64,000 nt of DNA from an uncultured Celeribacter sp. (GCA_963675965.1 OY780935.1:1602059-1666058); one strand, 5' to 3'. Shown: positions 12,266-23,261, counted from the first letter of the stretch. The notes: generated by a model from the sequence alone, not told the origin. Program-made: numbers and translations.

Positions 12266-14126
12266 CATCGCTGTTCACATCCGGGTTCGACCTCGGGCGT
12301 TTCCGTTTTGCCGGGCGGACTGCGATTGCCGCCTGTATCGCCGTGCTGCTGGCATGGTTTTTGGGGCTTGAGCATCCGCAATGGGCGGGCATGACCGTCT
12401 GGGCCGCTTCGCAGCCCACGCGCGGGCAGCTGCTGGAAAAAAGCTTCTTTCGGTTTGCGGGCACCATCAGCGGCACGATCGCGGGCATCACGCTCGTTCT
12501 TCTGTCTACATATCATGCCGCGTTTCTGGTGGTTGGTCTGGCGCTTTGGGTTGGGCTGTGCACCGGCATCGGAAACCTGCAACGTGGCTTTGTTGCCTAT
12601 GGCACGATCCTTGCCGGATATACTGCGGCAATGGTCTCGCTGCTCGACACCAGCCACCCGGACCATGTCTTTCTCTTGGGGGCCGATCGTCTGGCCACAG
12701 TGCTGACGGGGGTGGTCGTGGCCACCATCATTGGCGCGCTCTTTGCCCCCGTCACACCGGCCAGCGCCTTAAGGGGGCGTCTGCGCGTGCTTCTGGCCGA
12801 TATGCTGGCCCATGCGGCGACCGCCCATCCCGACCGTGCGCAAGACCGGGCTTTGATCGCGGAAATGGCCGCCATTGAGGAAAGCCTCGACCCGCATGAA
12901 GCCGGTTCGCTGCGGTCCCGCCGCCTCGTGCGGCGGGCGCGCGCTCTGCTGATCGCGCTGATCCCTTTGCTGTTTGCGCGTCGAAGCGACACCCGCACCC
13001 CCGGACCTGACATCAGCCGCGCGCTTGAAGCTGCGTCCAAAGCGCTGCACGCAGGCAACGATACCGCGGCCCACGCGGCGCTGTCGCAGGTTGTGGCCGC
13101 AGCCGATGACATCCAGCGTGAACGATTCGCGCCTCTGAAATCCGCCTTTGAGACATGGAACGCGACGGCAGAGCCCGAGAAAACAGAAGGTGCCCAGCAT
13201 CTGCCGATGGCACTGCACCGCGACTGGATCGGCGCGCGCGAGGCCATGACCCGCGCGACCGGCACGATTTTGTTCTTCGGCATTCTCTGGCTTCTCACCG
13301 GCTGGAGCGTCGGCCCCTTCATGCTGCTCGGTCTGTCGATCATGCTGTCGATCTTTTCGACCATGGAAAGCCCGGTAAAAATGATGCCCAACGTCATCAC
13401 CGGACAGTTGGCAGGTGTCATCGGCGCGCTGATCTGCCGATGGCTGGTCTGGCCATTGGCCGGGTCGGAATTTCAGTTGATCTTGCTGATCCTGCCCTTC
13501 ATCCTGTTCGGGCCGTTTCTTGTGGCGCACCGGCGCACACAGATGATGAGCTTTGACTACAATATGGTCGTGCTGCTGCTGTTGCAGCCGCACTATCCGC
13601 TGACCGGAAATTTCCTCACGTCGGTAGAGATGGGAGCCGCGGTGGTGGCCGCGCCGATCACGGCGCTGCTCGCCTATCGCTATGTCTATCCCGCCGGGCT
13701 TAAGCGGCGTCTCGACACGCTGCTGAAGTCGATGATCCACGATCTGGCGGATCTGGCTGCCGATCCAAAGGCCCTGACCCATCGTGCCGTCTGGCAGGCC
13801 CGCCTGTATCACCGCACCCTAAGGCTGTCGCGACTGTCCGCGCGATCCGAACGCGCCTCGGTCGAGGCTCTGGACACCGGCTTTGCACTGCTTCAGCTGG
13901 GGCATGTCGCCATGCGCGCGCACCAGATCCTGCAGGACGGCACCCGCTCAGAGGCTGACGTCAGTGCTACACAGGCCGCGCTGACGGCGCTCACTCGGAT
14001 TGAAATCGCGCCAATGGATGCAGAAAAAGCGCTGAGCCGACTGGCCCAGCGCCTTGAAGGACGGGATGCGGAACTGCTGCAACGCGCCGCGAAGGCTGCC
14101 GCGCTGCTGGCTGTGTCGCCCGCCGA

Positions 14127-14130
<4 letters not shown>
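12262..14130 (+). CDS. FUSC-family (fusaric acid resistance / aromatic acid exporter AaeB-like) membrane protein
   Basis: 622 aa. It has two hydrophobic multi-helix blocks separated by a soluble Ala/Arg-rich region, and the N-terminal FRFAGRTAIAACIAVLLAWFLGLEHPQWAGMTVWAASQPTRG is typical of FUSC proteins. It is translationally coupled to marR. Confidence 0.85.
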
Positions 14131-15131
<1,001 letters not shown>

Positions 15132-15134
15132 GTT

Positions 15135-16436
15135 TCACTCCTCTCCTGCTGCATGTGCGGACGGGCGGCCAATGCCAGCCCAGGTGAGCCAGATTGCAGC
15201 AGTCCAGCCAAAGGACGGTCCCCCGCAGGGGGTGGCATCCAATGGATCGTAATATTCCCAGAACCCACCCTTTTCGATCAGGGTGGCCGTTTCATTGCGC
15301 AACCGGGTCTCGGCTTCATTGCGCCCCATGTCCTTGAGCCCCATGGCGATCAGCGAATTGACCACCGGCCATGTCGGACCGCGCCAGTAGCGCCGCGGAT
15401 CAAAGCGATCCGCCTCGGGATCGGCCGAGGGCACACCGTATTCGACCTTGTCCCAGATCCGGGCGAAATGCGCGTCCAGCGCCGGGCGCGACACGCCCGC
15501 CAGATAGGCCAGAAACGCGCCGGACCCCAACACATTGGCAAAGGTGCCCGTGCGCATGTCATAGGCATCAAACCAGCCTTTGTCGGCATTCCAGAGCTTG
15601 TCGAGCCCTGCCCGCAACTGCTGTTCCTGCGCCAGCAACCCGGAGGTGTCTTCGCCCAGAATGCGCCCGATCTCGATCAGATCGGCGAAGGCACGCAGCA
15701 GCACGAATGTGATCCCCGGATCAGCCATAAGGAAGGGGCCGTCTTCATACATGGCCCGATCATCCCAGCCGACCGAGCGGCCAAAGGCCAGCATGGCCAG
15801 ATAGCGGTCATAGTCTGAGGCAATCGGGCGTTGATCGGCATTCAGCAGACCCAGATCGCGGCGGCTGTTGGAGCGCGCCTTTTGAATATAGGGATCGCTG
15901 TCATCCACCGGCACGCCCGCCATGCCGATGTCCCAGTCCGGGCAGTTGTCCCGGCCCGATTCCCAGGGGTGAATGATCGCCACGGGCCCGTCTTTGCAGC
16001 GCTCGCGGATCCACCAGTCATGCCATTTCACCAGTTTGGGATAAAGCGCCTCAAGATGCGGACGCCCCTGTTCCGGGTCGACTTCGTAGATCTTGCGGAT
16101 CAGTGTGGCTGCCACCGGGGGTTGCGACATGCCCGAGGTCGGCGGTGTCTGATCCGCCCCCCAGACATCCGGCCCCGGGAAATAGTCCGGGTCCACCTTG
16201 TGGAAAATGATGTGTGGCACCATCCCACTGTCCCATTGCGAGGCAAAGAGCAGGTTCACTTCTTTCCACGCCCGGGCCAGATCGAAGGTCGAATAGCCCC
16301 AGGCAGAGAACATGCTGTCCCAGTTCCACTGGAACGGATAAAGCCGCTCTGTCGGGATGGTATATCCCCCACGATCATTGCCACGCAGAATGGCGCGGGC
16401 CTGATCGTTGAGCGGGTTGAGTGTGTCGTAGGTCAT
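15135..16436 (-). CDS. GH63-like six-hairpin glycosidase (glucosylglycerate/mannosylglycerate hydrolase-like)
   Basis: 433 aa and cytoplasmic (no signal peptide). From memory, the N-terminal ILRGNDRGGYTIPTERLYPFQWNWDSMFSAWGY...LFASQWDSGMVPHIIFH resembles characterised GgH/MgH enzymes. A W/Y-rich C-terminal part reads YWRGPTWPVVNSL...FWEYYDP. Confidence 0.7.
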   Translation of the reverse strand: MTYDTLNPLNDQARAILRGNDRGGYTIPTERLYPFQWNWDSMFSAWGYSTFDLARAWKEVNLLFASQWDSGMVPHIIFHKVDPDYFPGPDVWGADQTPPTSGMSQPPVAATLIRKIYEVDPEQGRPHLEALYPKLVKWHDWWIRERCKDGPVAIIHPWESGRDNCPDWDIGMAGVPVDDSDPYIQKARSNSRRDLGLLNADQRPIASDYDRYLAMLAFGRSVGWDDRAMYEDGPFLMADPGITFVLLRAFADLIEIGRILGEDTSGLLAQEQQLRAGLDKLWNADKGWFDAYDMRTGTFANVLGSGAFLAYLAGVSRPALDAHFARIWDKVEYGVPSADPEADRFDPRRYWRGPTWPVVNSLIAMGLKDMGRNEAETRLRNETATLIEKGGFWEYYDPLDATPCGGPSFGWTAAIWLTWAGIGRPSAHAAGEE

Positions 16437-17644
16437 CCTTTGACGCTCCCGGCCGTCAGGCCTTTGGTCATGAATTTTTCAAGGCCAAGGAACAGCGCCA
16501 TGATCGGAACGGTAGCGATCACCGACCCGGCCATGAGGTGCTGCCTTGGGATCTCCGAGGAATTGAGGGACGCAATGCCGCGTGTCAGCGTGAACTTCGA
16601 CGGGTCGTCCAGCAGCATGAAGGCCAGCAGGAATTCGTTCCAGGCGATCATGAAGACATAGAGCGACACCGAAGCCAGCGCCGGAAGCGACAGCGGCAGG
16701 GTGATTTTCCAGATCACCTGAAGCCGTGACAGACCATCCATAAGACCGGCCTCCTCGACTTCGGAGGGCAGCCCCCGGAAATAGCCCTGCAGCATGTAAA
16801 GCGCCACGGGAATGGTCGTGACCGGATAGATCATCACGATCCCAGCAATCGAGTTGCGCAGCCCCATCATCGAAAAGGCGATGTAGATCGGCAGCGCCAG
16901 AACGATCATCGGCACCATGTAGATCAGCAGGATCGAGCGCGAAAACGCGGCCTGCCCGGTGAAACGCAACCGCGCCACCGCATAGGCCCCAGGGATTGCA
17001 AACAGCAGGGTGATCAGAACCGTCAGCACCGAGATGTAGAACGAGGTCCACATATAGGAGCCAAAGTTGAAATCCCGGATCAGTTCGACATAGGAGCGGA
17101 ACAGCCCCCAGCCCTGGCTGAGATCAATCGAGAAATCGAGCGGGTTCTGCATCAGTTCCGCCTGATTTTTCAGGCTGGTCATCACCATCACATAGAAGGG
17201 GATCAGCACGATTGCCGTAAAGAAGATATAGCCAAAGCCTTTCAGTCCCAAAATGACCGAACCTTCGAATTCATGCCGGGTCAGCGCGCCCATGGGCAGG
17301 TCTTCCAGATAGTAGACCATGGGCCAGCCGATCCCGACCCCCATGAAAACCGCCGCCACAATATGCGCCACCAGTGACACGTTGCCGGTCAGAACCGGCC
17401 CGACGCCCACGGCAAGTGCGGCGAAATAGACAAGGCTCAGCGCCACAGCGGCCACAATCGCCTTGCGACCGCCCAGCAGCGCCAGACCGGTCACACCACC
17501 GAAAAGCAGCGACCAGAGGAGCGACGGGCGGAACGGTTCGCCCGTGGCGAAGCTCATGGCGATCGACACGGTGACCGCAACGACAAAGGTCCAGAGCGCG
17601 CCCAGAAGCGGGCCCGTGAGATAGCCGAAACGCAGGTACTTCAT
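16433..17644 (-). CDS. carbohydrate ABC transporter permease (MalG-like core with an extra N-terminal membrane domain of about 125 aa)
   Basis: 403 aa. The C-terminal 280 aa carry the EAA-like loop (EVEEAGLMDGLSRLQVIWKITLP). The N-terminal 125 aa are very hydrophobic (about 4 helices). Start and stop overlaps with both neighbours. Confidence 0.9.
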   Translation of the reverse strand: MKYLRFGYLTGPLLGALWTFVVAVTVSIAMSFATGEPFRPSLLWSLLFGGVTGLALLGGRKAIVAAVALSLVYFAALAVGVGPVLTGNVSLVAHIVAAVFMGVGIGWPMVYYLEDLPMGALTRHEFEGSVILGLKGFGYIFFTAIVLIPFYVMVMTSLKNQAELMQNPLDFSIDLSQGWGLFRSYVELIRDFNFGSYMWTSFYISVLTVLITLLFAIPGAYAVARLRFTGQAAFSRSILLIYMVPMIVLALPIYIAFSMMGLRNSIAGIVMIYPVTTIPVALYMLQGYFRGLPSEVEEAGLMDGLSRLQVIWKITLPLSLPALASVSLYVFMIAWNEFLLAFMLLDDPSKFTLTRGIASLNSSEIPRQHLMAGSVIATVPIMALFLGLEKFMTKGLTAGSVKG

Positions 17645-18888
17645 AGCCCTTCCTCCTTCGACATGAATTTGAAGAAGAAGACCGAGAACAACAGCAGGCA
17701 GCCGAAGATCACGACAGCAACCGCCGCGCCTGCGCCAATGTTCGACACAGCAAAGGCCTGTTCATAGACGCTCACCGTCAACACCCGCGTCCCCGCGTTG
17801 CCGCCGGTCAGCAGGAAGATGTCGTCGAACTTGTTGAAGGTCCAGATGAAGCGCAGCAGGAACAACACCGAGAGGATGCCCAGAAGCTGCGGCAGGCTCA
17901 GATACCAGAACTGCTGGAAGGGCGAGGCCCCGTCCATATCCGCTGCTTCATACATATCTGTCGGAATGGACTGCATCCGCGCCAGAATGAACAGGAAAGA
18001 CAGCGGGAAATAGCGCCAGATTTCAAACAATGTCACCATGATCAGCGCCAAAGGCCGTTCGCCGAAGAAGTTGATCGACTGGTCGGTCACCCCCATCTGC
18101 ACCAGCAGGGCGTTGGCAGACCCGGAGAACGGATCGAACAGCAGGATCCAGGCGAAGGCCACCGCGATCACGGGCGCCACATAGGGGAACAGATACAACC
18201 CCCGCAAAATCCCCTGCCCGCGGAACGAATGGTTCAGCAGCATTGAGGCAAACAGCCCCATGATCATCGCCCCCAGCGTGCCGAAGATCGTGTAGAACAG
18301 GGTCACACCGAGCACCGAAAAGAATTCCTCTCCGTCGAACACGCCAGCAAAGTTCTTGAGCGTAAACTCACCGTTCGTCAGCACGAAGGACGCTTTGCCA
18401 TCGACCTGCACCGGGTCTTCGTCAATCTCGCGACCGGCATCAAAATAGGCCTGTTCGGTGATCACGGGGATGCTCAGCGTCTCGCGATGGCCGCCCTCCC
18501 AATCGCCCAAATCACAGCTCAACTGCCCCTCTGCGATCTCGCAACGCGGGTCCAGATCCCCCGCCAGCGTCAGCCCCTCGGGCCAGACGTCTTCAAGAGT
18601 GACCCCGGTGATCTCCGAACTGGGCGAAGAGTTGCGCAGTCGATAGCGCAGCGTGGCGTCGTCGCCAGCGGCCGCCGGACGACCGCGCAGGTCTTCGCGC
18701 ACCACGGCCTCGGGTGCCCGCAGGTCCGACAAGGACACGGGCTTCACTGAAATCCAGAAAATCGCCAGAAGCGGCAAAAGCACCACCAAGGAAACGGCGG
18801 CAATGGTCGGGGTCAAAAGGCCCCAGGCAAGTCGCGCTTCGGTCCGGGCCAAAGGCCCCGCACCGCGCGGCGGTCCGATATCCGACAT
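17641..18888 (-). CDS. carbohydrate ABC transporter permease (MalF-like) with a large periplasmic loop insertion
   Basis: EAA loop DMYEAADMDGASPFQQFWYLSLP. About 150-170 extra residues lie between TM1 and TM2. I chose the ATG at 18888, which has GGGAG 8 nt upstream. The track ORF begins at GTG 18921. Confidence 0.85.
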   Translation of the reverse strand: MSDIGPPRGAGPLARTEARLAWGLLTPTIAAVSLVVLLPLLAIFWISVKPVSLSDLRAPEAVVREDLRGRPAAAGDDATLRYRLRNSSPSSEITGVTLEDVWPEGLTLAGDLDPRCEIAEGQLSCDLGDWEGGHRETLSIPVITEQAYFDAGREIDEDPVQVDGKASFVLTNGEFTLKNFAGVFDGEEFFSVLGVTLFYTIFGTLGAMIMGLFASMLLNHSFRGQGILRGLYLFPYVAPVIAVAFAWILLFDPFSGSANALLVQMGVTDQSINFFGERPLALIMVTLFEIWRYFPLSFLFILARMQSIPTDMYEAADMDGASPFQQFWYLSLPQLLGILSVLFLLRFIWTFNKFDDIFLLTGGNAGTRVLTVSVYEQAFAVSNIGAGAAVAVVIFGCLLLFSVFFFKFMSKEEGL

Positions 18889-18921
18889 GGAAAACTCCCT
18901 GTCCGGTGTCTTGAAAAGCAC

Positions 18922-18943
18922 GGGGCGACAGGTACGCCGCCCC
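18922..18943 (-). other. intra-operon stem-loop between the binding-protein and permease genes
   Basis: On the minus strand, GGGGCG-gcgtacctgt-CGCCCC is followed by GTGCTTTTCAAG. It lies in the 77-nt gap after the SBP stop. Confidence 0.4.
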
Positions 18944-18965
18944 GCAAGGAGTGCACCTCAGGCGC

Positions 18966-20315
18966 TTATTCGATTGCACCCAGTTGCGCATTGAGCTGGG
19001 CCACGGCCTCGCTCGCGTCGATCTGGTCATCGATGAATTCGCGCACAACCTGGTTGATGACCTGAGAGTTGTTCATCTTGGAGGCCAGAGCCAGCTGACC
19101 TTCCTTGACGCCCCAACGCTGAGCCACATCCAGACCGCCGACGATTTCGTCAATCATCTCTTGGGCATAGAGATCCCCAAGCGGTGCCTTGCGATCCACA
19201 CCAACCGGCAGTTTCGCCCATTCCTTGACGAAATACGCCGGGTCCTCTTCGGTGCCGTTGCGGGTCGGGAACATACCCTCGGGCGCAATCGACAGCGTTT
19301 CGACATAGCCTTCGCTCATCGAATAGGCGACGAAGGCTTCGGCGGCATCGAGCGAGGCGTCGGTGGTGATGCCGAAATAGTTGATGTTGGCATAGGCCGC
19401 GCCATCCGGGTTCGACGGACCGGCAAAGTTGGTCACGATCCCGGTCTTGGACGCGAGTTCGCCCGAGGTCGGGTCATCGTTGATGGTGGGCGGAGCACTG
19501 TCGCGCAGACCGGCCAGCTCATCGAGGATGAAGGGCGACCAGAAGACCATGGCCGTGTCACCTGCGAAATACAGCGTGCGGGCCTGATCCCAGTACAGAT
19601 CCCCCGGAGGTGAGGCTTTCGCGATCTGTTTGTAGAACTCCAGAACCTCGGTGGTCTTGGCCTCATCGAGCGGCGCAAAGCCGTTTTCATCCACCGGGCT
19701 GACGCCATTGGCGAGGAAGACATGTTCCAAAACCTGGCTCATGAAGGCTTCATCGACCTTAGTGGCCGCGACGAAACCATACATTTCCGGCGGATTGTGG
19801 AGTTTTTCGATGGCCGCTTCGACCGCCGCGTAGGAAGTTGGCGCCTCAAGACCCGCTTCGTCGAACAGATCCTTGCGGTACACGATCATCTGGGTCCAAC
19901 CGTTGGCTGGCACAGAGGCATAGACATCTTCCATTGCGGCCATGTTGAGCGCGCCGGGAGCGAAGGTATCGGCCCCCAGATCCTCAATCACATCGGTGGC
20001 TGCATCCGGGTCCAGAATGCCCGCTTCTGCCCAAGGCAGCGCGTATTGCAGCGGGTGGTAGATCACATCCGGCAGGTCCCCGGCCGCGAAAGCAGCCGTG
20101 GCGCGGGTCCCAAGGTCGGACTCGGTCACCGGAATCACTTCAACGGTGTGACCGGTCTCTTCTTCAAAGGCCGCGGCAACCGCTTCCTGCTTGGCCAGGC
20201 GCTCCGGTTGTTCCTCGGTGGTCCAGAACCGGATGGTATCCGCGCTGGCGGCAAAGCTTGTCAAAGCCATGGCCGTCGCGGCACTGGTCAATAGAGCGTG
20301 TTTAGTGAACGTCAT
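18966..20315 (-). CDS. ABC transporter extracellular sugar-binding protein (family 1)
   Basis: 449 aa. Signal peptide MTFTKHALLTSAATAMALTSFAASA, then IRFWTTEEQPERL. The length and Trp/Tyr/Asp-rich composition are typical of CUT1 binding proteins. Confidence 0.9.
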   Translation of the reverse strand: MTFTKHALLTSAATAMALTSFAASADTIRFWTTEEQPERLAKQEAVAAAFEEETGHTVEVIPVTESDLGTRATAAFAAGDLPDVIYHPLQYALPWAEAGILDPDAATDVIEDLGADTFAPGALNMAAMEDVYASVPANGWTQMIVYRKDLFDEAGLEAPTSYAAVEAAIEKLHNPPEMYGFVAATKVDEAFMSQVLEHVFLANGVSPVDENGFAPLDEAKTTEVLEFYKQIAKASPPGDLYWDQARTLYFAGDTAMVFWSPFILDELAGLRDSAPPTINDDPTSGELASKTGIVTNFAGPSNPDGAAYANINYFGITTDASLDAAEAFVAYSMSEGYVETLSIAPEGMFPTRNGTEEDPAYFVKEWAKLPVGVDRKAPLGDLYAQEMIDEIVGGLDVAQRWGVKEGQLALASKMNNSQVINQVVREFIDDQIDASEAVAQLNAQLGAIE

Positions 20316-20340
20316 CTCTCTCTCCCTGAGTTTGCGATGA

Positions 20341-21459
20341 TTAACGTATGTGAGACTGGCGCGTGTTCAGAGCCAGCTTGCACGCCAGTTGGTCTGGCGA
20401 CAGTTCCGGTCGTCCGGTGGAGGCACCGGCGCGGAATTCGGGATCGATCAGTTTCTGGCTGGCCGGGGCGGTGGCATCACGAATGCGATCGATCAGCATC
20501 GCGCCCAGCGCGGCACCGACCTTGCGGTTGTCGACGCAATAGGTCGCCAGCCGCGGCCACATCACGGCAGCCTCGGGCGATCCGTCATAGCCGATGACCG
20601 ACAGATCCGATCCGATCGACAGATCCAGCCCGTTGGCGACTTCATAGACACCGCGTGCCAGCGTGTCTGTGGCACAGAGGATGGCGGTCGGCGGTTGCGG
20701 CAGCGCCAGAAACTGCCGGGCCGCCATGGCCCCTTGCTGGGGTGACAGCGCGCCTTCGATATGCAGTGCCTGATCATAACGCAGCCCCATATGATGCATG
20801 CCGCTCAGATAGCCCCGGGTCCGGTGATGGGAAAATGCATGCTGGTCCGCGCCGCCGATATAGGCGATACGCCGATGCCCGAGCCCGGCCAGATGTGCGA
20901 CCGCGCCGGCCATGGCCATTTCGCCATCCGCATCAAAATAGGATATATTATTGAGGTTCTTTGGCCGCCCATAGCAAATGAACGGAATATTTTCCCGCTG
21001 CAGCAGCGTCACCCGCGGATCATCGAGAAGCACCCGCGGCAGGATAAACCCATCCGCCTTCTGGTTCTGCACGAGATCGCGCATCACCCGCAACGTGCCC
21101 TCATCATTATCGGCGGTGGAGACGGTCAGAGACCAGCCTTCGATCGAGGCGGATTGCGTCAAACCCGCCAGAAACTCGGCCAGAAACGGGCGGTGCGCAT
21201 CATGTTCGGACAGTTGAATGACCAGCCCAAGGGCCTGACTGCGGCCGGTGCGGATCGCCTGCGCATGGCTCAGGGGATGATAGCCCATCGCCTGAGCAGC
21301 GCGGATCACGCGCATGCGGGTCGTTTCGGAGATGTCGGGATAACCGTTCAGCGCACGCGAGACAGTGCCTTTCGTCAGACTCAAGGCCTGTGAAAGATCG
21401 CTGATCGTCACCCGCGCATTGTCGCGGGATCGACGGTCTAGTTTTGCCTCTGCCCTCAC
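20341..21459 (-). CDS. LacI-family transcriptional regulator
   Basis: HTH VTISDLSQALSLTKGTVSRALNGYPDISETTRMRVIRAAQAMGYHP followed by a periplasmic-binding-protein-like core. I chose the GTG at 21459 because GAGGAGG lies 8 nt upstream. The track ORF starts at a TTG at 21510, inside the palindrome region. Confidence 0.85.
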   Translation of the reverse strand: MRAEAKLDRRSRDNARVTISDLSQALSLTKGTVSRALNGYPDISETTRMRVIRAAQAMGYHPLSHAQAIRTGRSQALGLVIQLSEHDAHRPFLAEFLAGLTQSASIEGWSLTVSTADNDEGTLRVMRDLVQNQKADGFILPRVLLDDPRVTLLQRENIPFICYGRPKNLNNISYFDADGEMAMAGAVAHLAGLGHRRIAYIGGADQHAFSHHRTRGYLSGMHHMGLRYDQALHIEGALSPQQGAMAARQFLALPQPPTAILCATDTLARGVYEVANGLDLSIGSDLSVIGYDGSPEAAVMWPRLATYCVDNRKVGAALGAMLIDRIRDATAPASQKLIDPEFRAGASTGRPELSPDQLACKLALNTRQSHIR

Positions 21460-21491
21460 GTGATTCGCCTCCTCAGTATCACCATGGGTTT

Positions 21492-21507
21492 CCGAAACCG
21501 GTTTCGG
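21492..21507. promoter_or_regulatory. candidate LacI-type operator (16-bp perfect palindrome)
   Basis: CCGAAACCGGTTTCGG is its own reverse complement, has a central CG, and lies 33-48 nt upstream of the proposed lacI-like start. Confidence 0.55.
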
Positions 21508-21872
21508 CAATGGGAAACCTCAGTTAGCTCAAAAACAGTGCGTGCCAAGCATGCTGCGCAGCATTTTTGGCGCATCTCGGAACAAATGCAGGCATATCCG
21601 CAATGCGTTTCGCGGAAATCATCCTGCAGGCCCCCGCTTGGGCAGAGCCACTCAGGCAAAGCCACACCGACCGCGCACCTCGGCCAGTTCTGTGCGGAAA
21701 GCTGTTCACAAAGCCTCGATCATCCGGCCCATCACGTTGATCCGGTTGCACAAAACCGAGCGTTGTGCAGAAATTCATAAAAAGAACAGATCAGTTTGAT
21801 ATGCCTCATGGAGCTGCGCGATCCGGCGCGGCATTGAGACCGCAAACAGACGAAAAAAAGCAAGGATCGCAC

Positions 21873-23261
21873 GTGCCCCTTTTCCAGAACGTTCCCTTCG
21901 ACCAGCTTGAGGTCGGAATGGAAGCCGAAATCCGACGTCTCTGCATCTCGGATGACCTCTATGTCTTCGCCCATGCCTCGGGCAACCTGAACCCGCTGCA
22001 CCTGCCGCGTGAAGATGGTGACGGTGACGGCCATCCCGAGGCGGTCGCGCCCTCTTTCTGGGTGGGCTCGCTGATCTCTGCGGTGCTGGGCAACAAGCTG
22101 CCCGGACCGGGAACCCTGTATAAATCCCAGAACCTGCAGTTTCATGAACGCGCCCATGCCGGGGATGAACTCGTGGCGCGGGTCAAACTGATCCGCAAAG
22201 AGGGACCACGCTGCGCTGTCTTCGAAACTTCCGTGGCGCGCACCGATGGCACCCTGCTGGTCGAAGGCGAAGCCGAAGTCTATGCACCGCTCGAAAAGAC
22301 CATGTTCGACAGCCACGATGTGCCGGGGCTGACCGTCGAAAGCCACCGTCATTTCGACGCGCTTTTGGCACGGGCAGAACCGCTGCCGGAAATGCGCACT
22401 GCCGTTGTCGCCCCCGAAGAGACCAACTCTCTGCGCGGCGCGTTGCTGGCGGCAGAACACACGCTGATCAAGCCAATCCTGATCGGTGACGAAAGCCGCA
22501 TCCACAGCACTGCCAAAGAGCTGGAGATGTCTCTCGACACAGTCGAAATCATCCATTGCGAAAGCCATATCGAAGCCGCGCAACTTGCCGTCACCATGGT
22601 GAACGAAGGCCGCGCCGCGGCGATCATGAAAGGCCATCTGCACACCGACGATCTGTTGCGCCCGATACTGCGCAGCAACGGCGGTCTGAAAACCGGCCGT
22701 CGCCTCAGCCATATCTTTGTCATGGATGTGCCGGGGCTGAGCCATCTGCTGATGGTCACGGATGCAGCCATCAACATCGCGCCCGATCTGCCGACCAAGG
22801 TCGATATCGTGCAGAACGCCATCGATCTGGCGATCAGCCTCGGGCTCGACACGCCCAAGGTCGGGGTCTTGTCCGCGGTGGAAACCATCAACCCGCAGAT
22901 CCCGTCGACACTCGACGCCGCCGCGCTGTCGAAAATGGCAGAACGCGGCCAGATCACCGGCGGCATCGTCGACGGGCCACTGGCCATGGACAACGCCGTC
23001 AGCCTGTCTGCAGCGCGCACCAAGGGGCTGAAAAGCCTCGTCGCCGGCAAGGCTGAAATCCTTGTCGTGCCCAATCTGGAAAGCGGCAACATGCTGGCCA
23101 AGGAACTAAGCTTCATCGCCCATGCCGAAGCGGCTGGCGTGGTGATCGGTGCGCGTTGCCCGATCATCCTGAACTCCCGCTCGGACAGCGACAAATCCCG
23201 GCTGGCCTCCTGTGCTGTGGCCGCTCTGCATGCGGCGCGGCTGCGTGGTGGGGTGTCGTAA
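21873..23261 (+). CDS. bifunctional MaoC-like (R)-hydratase domain / phosphate acetyl(butyryl)transferase
   Basis: The N-terminal hot-dog segment (FAHASGNLNPLHL...GTLYKSQNLQFHERAHAGDEL) is fused to a PTA_PTB domain (AAIMKGHLHTDDLL...GGIVDGPLAMDNAVS...ILVVPNLESGNMLAK). I chose the GTG at 21873 because AAGGA lies 6 nt upstream. An ATG at 21801 is an alternative. Confidence 0.85.
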   Translation: MPLFQNVPFDQLEVGMEAEIRRLCISDDLYVFAHASGNLNPLHLPREDGDGDGHPEAVAPSFWVGSLISAVLGNKLPGPGTLYKSQNLQFHERAHAGDELVARVKLIRKEGPRCAVFETSVARTDGTLLVEGEAEVYAPLEKTMFDSHDVPGLTVESHRHFDALLARAEPLPEMRTAVVAPEETNSLRGALLAAEHTLIKPILIGDESRIHSTAKELEMSLDTVEIIHCESHIEAAQLAVTMVNEGRAAAIMKGHLHTDDLLRPILRSNGGLKTGRRLSHIFVMDVPGLSHLLMVTDAAINIAPDLPTKVDIVQNAIDLAISLGLDTPKVGVLSAVETINPQIPSTLDAAALSKMAERGQITGGIVDGPLAMDNAVSLSAARTKGLKSLVAGKAEILVVPNLESGNMLAKELSFIAHAEAAGVVIGARCPIILNSRSDSDKSRLASCAVAALHAARLRGGVS

